Origin: a virus
Lineage: Duplodnaviria > Heunggongvirae > Uroviricota > Caudoviricetes
IMG/VR virus record: IMGVR_UViG_3300047666_001531
Strand: one strand, 5' to 3'
Length of the DNA stretch: 64,000 bases
Shown: positions 18,555 through 28,172 of the stretch, piece after piece
Layout: each line of letters opens with the position of its first letter
Position numbering within the stretch: position 1 is the first letter of the stretch
The notes under the pieces: generated by a model
What the model was told of the DNA's origin: nothing
The model's input: the letters and a program-made list of their open reading frames with translations, nothing else
Databases searched by the model: none
Position numbers and translations under genes: made by a program

Positions 18555-18956
18555 ATGATCTATTACGAAAAGCCGGCAACCGGTTATAAAAGCCTATCTA
18601 AAAAGCAAGTAGGAGAGTTACAGGAAGTATTCTCCTGCGGTTGCTGTTGGATTTTAGCGATTACACTCCACAGAATGTTCGGCTATCCGATTTCTGCTGT
18701 GATTGATGAAGATGGTTGCCTGGAACACGCATGGGTTGTTAGAGCAGATGATGGTATGGAAATAGACATAATGGGTGCCAACAAAGTTTGTTGGGGAAAA
18801 CCAACGCACACTGGCATGTTAGAATCGGTATTTTTAAAGAGCTTTGGTTCTTCACCTAAACAAAGACTTTCTTTGAGTGACGAACAGTTCGAACACTGCA
18901 AACAAGTTGTGGTAGAGCACCTGATCCCAACCTACAACCTATTACATACAAGCTAA
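18555..18956 (+). CDS. hypothetical protein, 133 aa
   Basis: Starts 8 nt after the previous stop. Confidence 0.4.
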   Translation: MIYYEKPATGYKSLSKKQVGELQEVFSCGCCWILAITLHRMFGYPISAVIDEDGCLEHAWVVRADDGMEIDIMGANKVCWGKPTHTGMLESVFLKSFGSSPKQRLSLSDEQFEHCKQVVVEHLIPTYNLLHTS

Positions 18957-19014
18957 ATACTGAATGTTTGGCTAACGGGTGTGTCTTGATGTTTTTATTC
19001 ACCAATAGCGAAAA

Positions 19015-19050
19015 CAAATGATTGACAAGAATTATCATTATGATAAACTA
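19015..19050 (+). promoter_or_regulatory. class-A promoter
   Basis: acaaATGATTGACAAgaattatcattaTGaTAAACT. Confidence 0.6.
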
Positions 19051-19079
19051 TCATCATTAAAATAAAACACATACTCCAC

Positions 19080-19718
19080 ATGGGAACCATTAAGATGAAT
19101 GACTTAAAAAACCAACCGATATTAACCGCGTTTAATGTGCCTTTGTCTATGGTTGCAGCATCACTTATCCAAGAGGGTATGTTTCGTTGTGTTGATGGTG
19201 AGTATAGTGGTTTGCTCTCAAAATATAAGAGTGCATTGTCAGGCAAGGATTGTAATGCCACTTACGTGATGTACCCTAAAATAGGTATTGCCATTCATAC
19301 AGAAGGCAACTTTAATATTTATGTTCATAACGAACATAGAATGAAGGGTTTCGCCACTAAACTTGTGGAAGATTTTTACTTGCGATTTCCTGAAGTGATT
19401 GACCGAGAAATTTTTGTGGTTCAGGAGCCAACAGGCTCTATTGTGAATAAAGTTGTGAAAAAACACAGCAAATCCCAATCTTCCGATATGATGGATTTAA
19501 AAGCAAAAAAAAATGAATTACTTAAGCTGCTAAAAAATAAAAACATCAAAATGGACAGGTTTAGTTATCAGTACCTAGAAGACTCTACTGGTGAGTCTGT
19601 GGACTACTTGTTTAACTTTATTCAGTCTGGAAACTATACATCTTCAGCATGTGTAGAAGGAGATGTTAAGGATATTTTAGTTGGAAATGTGGGTGAACTC
19701 ACGACCAAAATTAACTAG
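19080..19718 (+). CDS. hypothetical protein, 212 aa (possible GNAT-like fold)
   Basis: HRMKGFATKLVEDF resembles the acetyl-CoA-binding R/Q-x-x-G-x-G/A loop. Weak. Confidence 0.35.
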   Translation: MGTIKMNDLKNQPILTAFNVPLSMVAASLIQEGMFRCVDGEYSGLLSKYKSALSGKDCNATYVMYPKIGIAIHTEGNFNIYVHNEHRMKGFATKLVEDFYLRFPEVIDREIFVVQEPTGSIVNKVVKKHSKSQSSDMMDLKAKKNELLKLLKNKNIKMDRFSYQYLEDSTGESVDYLFNFIQSGNYTSSACVEGDVKDILVGNVGELTTKIN

Positions 19719-19734
19719 ATAAGGAATAAAGGCA

Positions 19735-20058
19735 ATGATCTTCCAAGTAAAGAATTACCTAACCCCTGAATATTGGAATACTCTTTCACGAGAAGGTAAT
19801 GAATTTTATGTTGAGTTAGCAAAAAAATACATTGATCAGAAAAACTCTGACAAGCCAAAAGTTCTTATTCGTGGATTTATTCAGGAAAATGTTGATTTTG
19901 TAAACACAGAAAAAGGGATGGATGCTGAAGCTAGCGCAAAAGAAACTCAAAATTTCGTTTTAGAATTTCTTGCGGATTTATTTTCAGAGCAAGGCGTTAC
20001 TAAGGAAGAAATTGTCGATGTTTGGCATGATATTTTCTGGAGTGGCATTGACCATTAA
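19735..20058 (+). CDS. hypothetical protein, 107 aa
   Basis: taaggaataaaggcaATG start. Confidence 0.45.
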   Translation: MIFQVKNYLTPEYWNTLSREGNEFYVELAKKYIDQKNSDKPKVLIRGFIQENVDFVNTEKGMDAEASAKETQNFVLEFLADLFSEQGVTKEEIVDVWHDIFWSGIDH

Positions 20059-20118
20059 CTTGATGTGATTTAACCGGTAAAGGTGGCAGATAAACGAGTC
20101 TAATTAGGCGAAAAACTC

Positions 20119-20148
20119 TTGCTTTTAATCGTGTACACGAGTATAATA
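20119..20148 (+). promoter_or_regulatory. class-B promoter: TTGCTT, 17 nt spacer containing palindrome TCGTGTACACGA, TATAAT
   Basis: Perfect 12-bp palindrome at 20129-20140 between the hexamers. Confidence 0.55.
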
Positions 20149-20180
20149 AGTACATATTAAATAATCAAGAGAAACAGTTT

Positions 20181-20831
20181 ATGAACAACTCATTGCTAAA
20201 TTATATTGGTCGAATTTATATAGAGTTAAGTCGTGAAATCGAGCATAAAGAAGAGTACATAGATTTAGGTGGCATATATCTTGAGCACGATGGGAGAACT
20301 TTTTATCTTGATGTCGATAATTACACCATCTTAGGTACAGTAATAGAGTGCCGAATGGTGTATGACATAGCCGAACTAAAAGAAACATTTGAAGATTCAA
20401 AGTTTGATTTAACAAAAGAAGATTTACTGAGCAAAGACCTAAAGGCTGAAATATACATCACAGGTGAAAACTATCTCGGGAAAGAACTGGTACGTGTAAA
20501 TTCCATTAAATTATCGATAGAAAACATGGATAGACCTCAGCACATTGACTTGTGTTTAGATGGAACGGTAGAGGAATACCGTTTGCATAAGCATCTTCAT
20601 GATTTTGGTTTTGAAATTGAAGAAGATGAGGGTGTTGCACAGGTCTTTACCGATCTTGATTGTGAAGAAGATGCAGTTAAATTTGAAGAGTCATATGAAG
20701 ATAAGGAGTTGGTGCATTGTGATATAGCATTAGATGAACACGACATAACAGCCAAGGTCTATATGGAGTTGTCTGAACTTATAAAGTTAGATGAAAGTGA
20801 AGCATTACGTATAATACGAAAAGCTGCTTAA
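20181..20831 (+). CDS. hypothetical highly acidic protein, 216 aa
   Basis: D/E-rich throughout. Confidence 0.5.
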   Translation: MNNSLLNYIGRIYIELSREIEHKEEYIDLGGIYLEHDGRTFYLDVDNYTILGTVIECRMVYDIAELKETFEDSKFDLTKEDLLSKDLKAEIYITGENYLGKELVRVNSIKLSIENMDRPQHIDLCLDGTVEEYRLHKHLHDFGFEIEEDEGVAQVFTDLDCEEDAVKFEESYEDKELVHCDIALDEHDITAKVYMELSELIKLDESEALRIIRKAA

Positions 20832-20886
20832 ATAAAAATTTAAATTATTGAAAAAGCACCTCAACCTACAGAGGGGCAAGTAAGTC

Positions 20887-21198
20887 ATGGATGATCATTT
20901 TCAAATAGTAAAAGAGTCATTCCATGAGAATGACGGGCATCATTTCTTTGTTGATAACAAAGGAAAGCTAGTTGTTGCTGATCACAGTATTAACACCGAC
21001 TCCCCTTTGTCGCCTAAAAACGCCAATGATGGGGTTTTGTATGTTGATTTTAATCGTCCGTTGGAGAAGTCAGAGTACGGTTGTTATATGCCGCTAATAG
21101 ACAGCAAAGGCACTCTAACACGCACTATCGCATCTGTTGAAGATGCTCTTTTTGCGCAAGACCATATGCAAACAGTATTTACAGTGTCTAAAGATTAA
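20887..21198 (+). CDS. hypothetical protein, 103 aa
   Basis: gaggggcaagtaagtcATG start. Confidence 0.45.
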   Translation: MDDHFQIVKESFHENDGHHFFVDNKGKLVVADHSINTDSPLSPKNANDGVLYVDFNRPLEKSEYGCYMPLIDSKGTLTRTIASVEDALFAQDHMQTVFTVSKD

Positions 21199-21312
21199 TT
21201 AAGCACCTGGTGACTAAGTAGCGGCAACTAAGCACCTAATTAAAAGAATGCCCCTCTGAATTTGAGTGGTGTTCTTTTGCCATTTTTCTGATTAGATAGA
21301 TGGTAGTATATA

Positions 21313-21348
21313 AAAATGATTGACAAAATAGTTTATTGTGATAAAGTG
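21313..21348 (+). promoter_or_regulatory. class-A promoter
   Basis: aaaaATGATTGACAAAatagtttattgTGaTAAAGT. Confidence 0.6.
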
Positions 21349-21392
21349 TGTGTATTGAAGTTAATTGTACATTTTACATAGGAAAATTCTGT

Positions 21393-21827
21393 ATGACTGC
21401 CTCTTATCCATATGACATTGCAGCTCATCAAAGCCGAGTTGAAGACTTGCCAAAGCTACTATTAACTGCTATTCGCGAGGTAATGGAAGACACTTCATAC
21501 GGTAATGATGAAAGTGCTAAATTTGAAGCGTTATCGCCCAAGAAGGAAGGTATAGCCCTACGGTTGTGGGTAGATAACAAAGATAAGTCACTACGATGCG
21601 AAGAAGACGAATTTAGGTTTCACCTTTCCTACGTTAATGTTGACATAAAAAACCCATCATACACCCCTGAAGATTTTTCATGTTTTATCAATGATTCTAG
21701 CCAATCTTTTTTTGTGTCAAATGACTTTGATGAACTAGCGAAAGAGCTAAGTGATTGTCTTCCGGTGTTCGACAAGAAGTACAAAGCGTTAAGTGGATTA
21801 AAATCGACAGCTAAAGGTACTCCGTAA
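21393..21827 (+). CDS. hypothetical protein, 144 aa
   Basis: Refined to the ATG with aggaaa SD. Confidence 0.45.
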   Translation: MTASYPYDIAAHQSRVEDLPKLLLTAIREVMEDTSYGNDESAKFEALSPKKEGIALRLWVDNKDKSLRCEEDEFRFHLSYVNVDIKNPSYTPEDFSCFINDSSQSFFVSNDFDELAKELSDCLPVFDKKYKALSGLKSTAKGTP

Positions 21828-22072
21828 TGAAAGAGCTATTATCCAACCATTTTTTAACCGTTACACTTGAAGATAAGAGTGGTAAAAAAATTGATGTAGA
21901 TTTGCCACTTGAGCTTTTTGAAGATCGAATTAATGAACTTGTTGAAAGTGAAATTGATTGTAATGATCAAGTGTCAGACAAGGAAAGCAATAAACCTGTC
22001 GCATTAAAATTAACTGGTGGGATTGGTCGTGAAGTGCTGATTAACACAAAAGAAGGGGTTGTAGTGCAATGA
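21827..22072 (+). CDS. hypothetical protein, 81 aa
   Basis: TAATG start/stop overlap with the upstream gene. Confidence 0.4.
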   Translation: MKELLSNHFLTVTLEDKSGKKIDVDLPLELFEDRINELVESEIDCNDQVSDKESNKPVALKLTGGIGREVLINTKEGVVVQ

Positions 22073-22155
22073 GCATTACCAAGCCAAATACCACCAGCCC
22101 ACAAACATGAGAATTATTAAGTTTTGTTTCTTGCATTTTCGTCGGCATTTTAAAA

Positions 22156-22191
22156 TAAAAGATTGACAAAGTGGTTCATTGTGATAAAATT
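22156..22191 (+). promoter_or_regulatory. class-A promoter
   Basis: aaaaGATTGACAAAgtggttcattgTGaTAAAAT. Confidence 0.6.
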
Positions 22192-22232
22192 TGTATATTG
22201 GATCTAACGCACAATTTACAAAGGAAAGCACT

Positions 22233-22370
22233 ATGGCGACATTATTATGCAGAGAATGCGGTAACGAAATTCAAATTGATGACAACGGTATTTCAAACCA
22301 TCTTGATGATGGATTTATAGACCACGAGCAAGATGCTGATCATGTAGCCATTGCCGACGAATCTGAATAA
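22233..22370 (+). CDS. small protein, 45 aa, with CRECGN motif
   Basis: aaggaaagcactATG start. Absent from the ORF track, which has a 60 aa floor. Confidence 0.35.
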   Translation: MATLLCRECGNEIQIDDNGISNHLDDGFIDHEQDADHVAIADESE

Positions 22371-22632
22371 GGAAAACACTGTAATTTAATCCTCAATCAG
22401 TCAGCTGTATTATCACTCTGCAAATGAGACAGTAAGCATGTTTGACTTATCAGTAAAAACTATTACCATAAAGAACAGGAATGATGGTTCGCCCACATTG
22501 GATTTTCAACATCTTAGCGCACACTACCTGTTGAATACTGAAATACAAGAACATCACTCAACCTTAAACATGAATTGCTGGGACTGTTGATGTGTAAAGT
22601 GCGGATATGACAGTTTAATAGAAGGCGATATC

Positions 22633-24129
22633 ATGATCATATATACCAAGTCACACCTCAAAGAGGTGTGTTTGCATTTTACACCTAAATTACAAGAAAT
22701 TTTTGCACGTAACTTTAGTGCTCCCAATGTCAGAGAGTTAGTTGCAAGCCTTACTAGTTGCAATAGTTACGCACATCTCTGCGATTTGTTAAAGCGACAT
22801 CCAGTATCTATCGAGCATAATGAACGAAACAACAAACCGTTTGAATTGCTGTCAGCCAAGCATAAATTATCTGCAACAGACGAACAAAAAAGAAGCTTGC
22901 TATATCTTTGCTACTCACAACCTTTAGCGCTTCTTTACACGCCAAAGTGTGACTTCCCCGTGTCAGAGTATAGCAATAGCTATATGCCCCAATCACAGAG
23001 TCCTATTACTCAACTCAAAGAAAACGCCATTGAGTTTGTCAATTTATCTAAACCGCAAGAAAGCCCTAAGAATGAATATCCTGAGATGTACTTAGATTAT
23101 GATTGCGATATTGATGAAGCAATATCTGAATATATTTACGAGAACATAGATTTTGGTTTTTCATGGGAAGATGCTGAAAAGAAAGGGCTTAGTGAGGATG
23201 AGTGTGATGCTCTTTATAATAAGTGCGTCGAAAAATGGCATGTTGATAATAAAGACAAACTCGATGACATGAAGGTTTATGCTTTACAAAACACCGCATC
23301 TGATCGTTATTCTAGTCTTCTTTCTGAAGGTGGGATCGTTGAAAACTATGCTTTTAAACTTGCAGAACTCAATGGAAGTGAAGCCCTGAAAACAAAGTTG
23401 TTTGAACACTTCTCTAAGGACTGCGCTATTGTCTATTGGCGCACAATTCAACCTGATACTGAGTTTTTGAGTGAAGGGCGACACTTACAAGGTGCGTTTG
23501 TCGGCACGCAAATACTTTACCTTGGGATTTTAGATGACGCTAAATTCACCCCTATAGGCTCTGCAAGCGCATTGACGTTAAACTTTCAATATTCTGATGA
23601 AAACTCTCTATTTCATATATGCGATGCACATTCTGCTTGCATGAATGATGTATACAAGGAAATCCAAAAGCACATAACCGAACAAGGAAGCTCATGGTCT
23701 GAATTCATAGATGAAAAGTCAGAAAACTATGAGTCATGCATTACCCGACTTTGGAGCAAAAAGAACATTTTTGATGATGATCATGTTGATGCATTTATGG
23801 CACAACTATTTGTGACAAGTATTAGCCCTATGAAAGATGAGTTTATTGATGACTTTGAATTTATAGAAGCAACGGGCGCACCGGAGATCCATGAATCTTG
23901 CGTTGTGTTTACGGAGGTTTGTGGAGCAAGTCCTACGGGCGACTTTGTTAACATCATGAATTCGTACAATTTTGAAGAGCTTAGTGAAGAGGATCGCCCT
24001 ACCATGTCCGATGAAGAGTCGCTAGCACAGCAGAAACAACTACAATTCGCTGATTGTCTTGAAAAGGCTTTTAAGGATACCACGGTAGAAGTTGTTTCTT
24101 ATGATCCTTGGTCGCATCCCGTAAGCTAA
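22633..24129 (+). CDS. hypothetical acidic protein, 498 aa
   Basis: gaagg SD. No family recognised. Confidence 0.5.
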   Translation: MIIYTKSHLKEVCLHFTPKLQEIFARNFSAPNVRELVASLTSCNSYAHLCDLLKRHPVSIEHNERNNKPFELLSAKHKLSATDEQKRSLLYLCYSQPLALLYTPKCDFPVSEYSNSYMPQSQSPITQLKENAIEFVNLSKPQESPKNEYPEMYLDYDCDIDEAISEYIYENIDFGFSWEDAEKKGLSEDECDALYNKCVEKWHVDNKDKLDDMKVYALQNTASDRYSSLLSEGGIVENYAFKLAELNGSEALKTKLFEHFSKDCAIVYWRTIQPDTEFLSEGRHLQGAFVGTQILYLGILDDAKFTPIGSASALTLNFQYSDENSLFHICDAHSACMNDVYKEIQKHITEQGSSWSEFIDEKSENYESCITRLWSKKNIFDDDHVDAFMAQLFVTSISPMKDEFIDDFEFIEATGAPEIHESCVVFTEVCGASPTGDFVNIMNSYNFEELSEEDRPTMSDEESLAQQKQLQFADCLEKAFKDTTVEVVSYDPWSHPVS

Positions 24130-24290
24130 TCACTATAGAAAAAGTTGAATTAAGTAGTTCAGCTTTTTCTATCTGAAATTCACTCAGTATCACTAGAGAA
24201 CATTCCTCTGTCGTGAGGTTTTATGCGGTGTTGCTAATTTGTAGTATAAAATATATACTACATGGGAATAAGGCAACATTTGGGATTGAT

Positions 24291-25031
24291 ATGCGAGGAT
24301 ATAGACCGATAAAACGGCTGATCAGAGCGCAAAAAAAGGGCGAAGGTAAAGCCGAGGTTGCAACAAAGAAACAGTTTAAAAACATTCTTTGGCAATCTTC
24401 TCGTGGTTCGCTTGGCAGGAGAAATGTAGCGATAGTTTGGATGTTGTTCGGTAGTGGTTGCAGGATTAACGAAGTGGCAAAATTCAAGGTTTCTGATCTA
24501 ATCAGAGAAACCAATGAATTAAGAACTACTTTTGTTATCAAGGGTGGTTACACCAAAACAGGCAAGCCAAGAGCCGCTTATATTCTCTATAAGAGCCACC
24601 GCAGAGCGATTGAGGCGTGGATTGATGAACTTATAGAAGAAGGTGTAGGTCAATCTGGTGAAGAGTCTTATAGAGGCTTACGAAAAGATTATCCTTTATT
24701 TGCCATTACTAAAAAAGGTCGATATTGGCGCAAGATGGCATTTAGGGACAAAAAGTACAAAGATGCTGAAGGGAACATTAAAACCACAAAGGTTTGTGGC
24801 TCGTTACAAAATCTGATTAGTGAGCTATTTAAGAACGCTGGTTTACATGGCGGCTCATCACATTCAGGGCGAAGAACGCTTGCTACTTGGCTTGACCAAA
24901 AAGGGATTGAGCTTAAAACGATACAACTTATTTTGGGGCATGAAGATGCCAACATGACACTTGAATATATTGATCCCAATTTTGAACGTATACAAGCTGC
25001 TTTTGATAAAACATTAATCAATATTGATTAG
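24291..25031 (+). CDS. tyrosine recombinase, catalytic domain only, about 247 aa
   Basis: GCRINEV (Arg I), HSGRRTLAT (HxxR) and LGHEDANMTLEYI (His-II plus nucleophile Tyr). No N-terminal core-binding domain. Confidence 0.65.
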   Translation: MRGYRPIKRLIRAQKKGEGKAEVATKKQFKNILWQSSRGSLGRRNVAIVWMLFGSGCRINEVAKFKVSDLIRETNELRTTFVIKGGYTKTGKPRAAYILYKSHRRAIEAWIDELIEEGVGQSGEESYRGLRKDYPLFAITKKGRYWRKMAFRDKKYKDAEGNIKTTKVCGSLQNLISELFKNAGLHGGSSHSGRRTLATWLDQKGIELKTIQLILGHEDANMTLEYIDPNFERIQAAFDKTLINID

Positions 25032-25043
25032 AGGTAAATTAAA

Positions 25044-25259
25044 ATGACTGAGAAAAAAGAGAAACCTAACAAAGATCTTGAGTACAACAAGAAACGCATA
25101 CCTATCTTACGTGTTGAGGCTACAACGGCTGATAGCGAAGATGAAATTGAAGAAATGTTTCAGATGAAAGACCATGTTATTGAAAAATCAGGTTCGGCAA
25201 AACAAGGCATTATTGACATGTATAGGTTTGCCAAAAAGAACGGTTATTTTAATAAATAA
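25044..25259 (+). CDS. hypothetical protein, 71 aa
   Basis: gaggtaaattaaaATG start. Confidence 0.4.
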   Translation: MTEKKEKPNKDLEYNKKRIPILRVEATTADSEDEIEEMFQMKDHVIEKSGSAKQGIIDMYRFAKKNGYFNK

Positions 25260-25262
25260 TAA

Positions 25263-25291
25263 TTGACTTTCTCGTGTACACGAGTATAATG
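25263..25291 (+). promoter_or_regulatory. class-B promoter: TTGACT, 16 nt spacer containing palindrome CTCGTGTACACGAG, TATAAT
   Basis: 14-bp perfect palindrome at 25271-25284. Confidence 0.6.
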
Positions 25292-25337
25292 TTTGGTATA
25301 GAAATTAAACAAATTTAGTTAAACAAGGAATAAACAC

Positions 25338-25583
25338 ATGTCAGAAATAAACGATAAAGCGATTGAGTTTATTGCTAATAACTTATCGAACAAAGCAGCG
25401 CAAGAAGAAGGTTATGTAGGTGCTCCTAGATGGGGTTGCCTAAGAGAAGATCTAAAAGAGAAGTTTTTAGGTGAGGCAAAGTTGCTTGTTGCCGAATGGT
25501 ATAATGACGAAATGAAAGCTTTGTCAGCTAGAAAGCCCACCAGCGACTTACTAAAGAATGCGACTATTTTAACAAGGGAATAA
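25338..25583 (+). CDS. hypothetical protein, 81 aa
   Basis: caaggaataaacacATG start. Confidence 0.45.
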   Translation: MSEINDKAIEFIANNLSNKAAQEEGYVGAPRWGCLREDLKEKFLGEAKLLVAEWYNDEMKALSARKPTSDLLKNATILTRE

Positions 25584-25588
25584 ATATA

Positions 25589-25840
25589 ATGAAAAGAAAG
25601 ACAATATACGCAGTGTTAATTAGCACCCTTTTCCTATCCGCACTCCATTTCTTTTTGTCTTGCATATACCACTATGCAACATCGTCAAGCGATGTATCAG
25701 GGGTTTTCGATCTATTAACTTGGTCTTACCCATATCGAAGAGATGTAGCTATTGTTAACTTAATGATAGTTTTTTCTGGCATATCTGCCTCTGTGATTGG
25801 TTATATAGTCAGACTGCATGAAATGGCGACAGGTGAATAA
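25589..25840 (+). CDS. small membrane protein, 83 aa
   Basis: Two hydrophobic helices. aagggaataaatataATG start. Confidence 0.4.
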   Translation: MKRKTIYAVLISTLFLSALHFFLSCIYHYATSSSDVSGVFDLLTWSYPYRRDVAIVNLMIVFSGISASVIGYIVRLHEMATGE

Positions 25841-25844
25841 AAAG

Positions 25845-26042
25845 ATGGAAATTAAGAGCAATGAAATTCAACTTATAATGTCTAGTTTGCTTTTGCAAAA
25901 ACAAGCCCTGACCGAAGCTGGCGGAGCTGCACTCTCAAAAACAAAACTGTGCGATACTTTATTTGCAAAACTTGAAACTTTTTTGGGTGAGAGTAACGTC
26001 AAAATAACATCGGACTCTACCAATATTGCGACAAGGGAATAA
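25845..26042 (+). CDS. hypothetical protein, 65 aa
   Basis: Refined to the ATG with aggtgaataaaaag SD. Confidence 0.4.
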   Translation: MEIKSNEIQLIMSSLLLQKQALTEAGGAALSKTKLCDTLFAKLETFLGESNVKITSDSTNIATRE

Positions 26043-26046
26043 AGAA

Positions 26047-26427
26047 ATGTTAGCAGACGATCTAAGGAAAGCAATTTTCACCAACCTGAATCTTGTCAAA
26101 GAACTTTTACTTACTCATGGTGATTTGAAGGTAATTTCGTTTGTATCAGAAAAGATTAACGCTACCCCTTGTGATGTAGCAAAATTCAAAGAAGTTAACG
26201 TTAATAATGCCTCAACGAAGTTAAAGAAATTATTTGAACAAGGGTACTTAACTCGAAGTGAAAGTAAGTCATCTAGCGGTGGCATTGAGTTTATCTATTC
26301 GGTAGCCCATGTAATCAAGCCCAAATTGAATAAACCTTGCCCTATTTGCGAAAACGAAGAGTGCTTACCACGAGAAGATTGGTGCGGCTCATGCTGTACT
26401 GATTTTTATGAAAACGTACAAGGTTAA
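26047..26427 (+). CDS. hypothetical protein, 126 aa, with C-terminal Cys cluster
   Basis: CPICENEEC...CGSCC. acaagggaataaagaaATG start. Confidence 0.45.
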   Translation: MLADDLRKAIFTNLNLVKELLLTHGDLKVISFVSEKINATPCDVAKFKEVNVNNASTKLKKLFEQGYLTRSESKSSSGGIEFIYSVAHVIKPKLNKPCPICENEECLPREDWCGSCCTDFYENVQG

Positions 26428-26447
26428 TAAGAAAGGAATAAATAGCA

Positions 26448-26744
26448 ATGAACGACTTTATATTGAAGCACAAAATAACATTCGACAAACAATTCGCATA
26501 TTTGTATTTTTACTATCTGATAAGTTTCTTTTGCGCCGCTGCTATGCCTAAGACATTTTTCGGCTTTTTGGTTGTGGTGGCTTTGGTGTCTGTTCCTTTT
26601 TCTCTAATGCCCAAAGTTGTGAAAAATGCCGTCTTTGGAATTGGTGGTGGTACGCAAGAGGAATCTAAAAACGCAGCATTTAAAATGAAATGTTGCTGTC
26701 TATTCATGGGTGTATTAATAATTACTATGAAGGTAATGCTGTAG
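26448..26744 (+). CDS. small membrane protein, 98 aa
   Basis: aggaataaatagcaATG start. Hydrophobic. Confidence 0.4.
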   Translation: MNDFILKHKITFDKQFAYLYFYYLISFFCAAAMPKTFFGFLVVVALVSVPFSLMPKVVKNAVFGIGGGTQEESKNAAFKMKCCCLFMGVLIITMKVML

Positions 26745-26953
26745 TAGGGGATTGTGGATATAAAGGTGTTTTATTAAGTTTTTAGGACAGTAAGACATAA
26801 CTTGTAAACCTTCTGGCTGCGTATTTTGCTTTAAAACTATTGATAAAAGATTTCATCGTCTGGTTGATGGTTAACATCATTTAAAGCCAGCTAATTTAAA
26901 ACAAACGGCTCTGCCTAGTTAGGCTAATGAGCAGTAAATAGGTATAAGATATT

Positions 26954-27139
26954 ATGGCTGATTCAGTAAAAATATTAACTGGTGGTGCAGACGCAAAAGA
27001 GGTGTTAGGGTTGATTACTAATGATGTGCAATCCAACTATTACACTGACAAGACGGATTTGTTGCATAACGAAGAAGACGTTAAAGAGTGTGATGTTAGA
27101 CAGTTTAAAGTCACGGTGATTGTCGAGGAAATATTGTAA
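26954..27139 (+). CDS. hypothetical protein, 61 aa
   Basis: ORF with weak SD. Confidence 0.3.
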   Translation: MADSVKILTGGADAKEVLGLITNDVQSNYYTDKTDLLHNEEDVKECDVRQFKVTVIVEEIL

Positions 27140-27440
27140 TTTTTCATGAAAATCAGTCGTAATTTGTTTTTTAACCCCTCAAACATGAAACAATAAAACA
27201 TATATTTCGTTGACGATAGTTATCATTTTAACTATATTATCTGCGCTTTCTGCGCGTAAAACAAAAGCCAACAATGAACGTTATCATTTTAACACACGAA
27301 AACTTAGGGGTTTTATTTAGTAAAATATAATTACTGATAAAACATGAAAAATAAGATATTCAAATAATGTTCAGCAAATTAGATAACCCCTTGGTTTATT
27401 TTCTACTTTTTGTTGCGTAAGACTGTGTTGATTTAGAACA

Positions 27441-28013
27441 TTAATCAGCAGTAATAACTTTTTTAAATCTGTTCGGGAATGTAGGACCGTTTTCACTGCC
27501 TTTCAAGCAAATCATCGGTGATAAAAGGTTTTCATCATCGTATATGTCATCAATAACGTACTTTGAGTTAAGCTTGATATCCCAGCCTTCAGAACTTGAG
27601 TCTCCACCTTCCATATCATCAATACAAAGCACTTTATCACCAACTTGCAAAGCGTTGTCACTTGCGTCTAAAGCCTGTCTAGGTAAGTCTTTAGTGTTAA
27701 TGGTAGGTGGGGGTCTGTGAACGATTTTAGGTGTAGTGACCACTTCTTCATCGCCTTTAGCCCAATATTCGGTAATGTAAGCTTGTCCAGCGTTTTCGAC
27801 AAAGTCTTGATACACATCAGGTAGATTGTGTCCAAATTTTTTATCGTTTTCGTTGACCCATGTGAAGAATGCCCATGCAAAGGTAGCCTCTTCCATTGTT
27901 AGTGACTCTTCAAAGTACATGAGGTTGTCTTCGGGTGCGTAAGATCCGCTTGTTTTTACTGCGTCTCGAAACAATGTGATTAGCTTTTCTGATATTTTTT
28001 TTGGTAACGTCAT
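27441..28013 (-). CDS. hypothetical protein, 190 aa
   Basis: aaaggaaaagtcATG start. Class-A promoter upstream. Confidence 0.5.
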   Translation of the reverse strand: MTLPKKISEKLITLFRDAVKTSGSYAPEDNLMYFEESLTMEEATFAWAFFTWVNENDKKFGHNLPDVYQDFVENAGQAYITEYWAKGDEEVVTTPKIVHRPPPTINTKDLPRQALDASDNALQVGDKVLCIDDMEGGDSSSEGWDIKLNSKYVIDDIYDDENLLSPMICLKGSENGPTFPNRFKKVITAD

Positions 28014-28080
28014 GACTTTTCCTTTAAATAGGCTTTATTTTAAATTAGGTGGTCGTTAACTGCTCCACTAAACATAGATC

Positions 28081-28116
28081 TATTATAGCGAAATACCGCT
28101 ATTTGTCAATCATTTT
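28081..28116 (-). promoter_or_regulatory. class-A promoter (minus strand)
   Basis: Reverse complement reads aaaATGATTGACAAAtagcggtatttcgcTATAAT. Confidence 0.55.
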
Positions 28117-28172
28117 GCTGTAAGGAAGGTGTTTTAAAGGGGCAGTGTTCCCCTTCAACTTTCATAGCTGAT

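Noticed and set aside
19028-19050. Fur box in the class-A -10 region (TTATCATTATGATAA)
   Set aside because: It shares the ATCATTAT core with the Fur consensus GATAATGATAATCATTATC, but the half-site arrangement is everted and the element overlaps the -10 in only a subset of copies. It is probably just AT-rich -10 context. Fur binding would have to be shown experimentally.
22438-22595. About 52-aa ORF (MFDLSVKTITIKNRN...) between 22370 and 22633
   Set aside because: It has a weak SD (agtaag) and no supporting features. It may be a real small gene in the 22156 transcript but is not callable from sequence alone.
27150-27440. CRISPR array
   Set aside because: Only two 14-bp direct repeats with no regular repeat-spacer periodicity. 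No cas genes are in the window.
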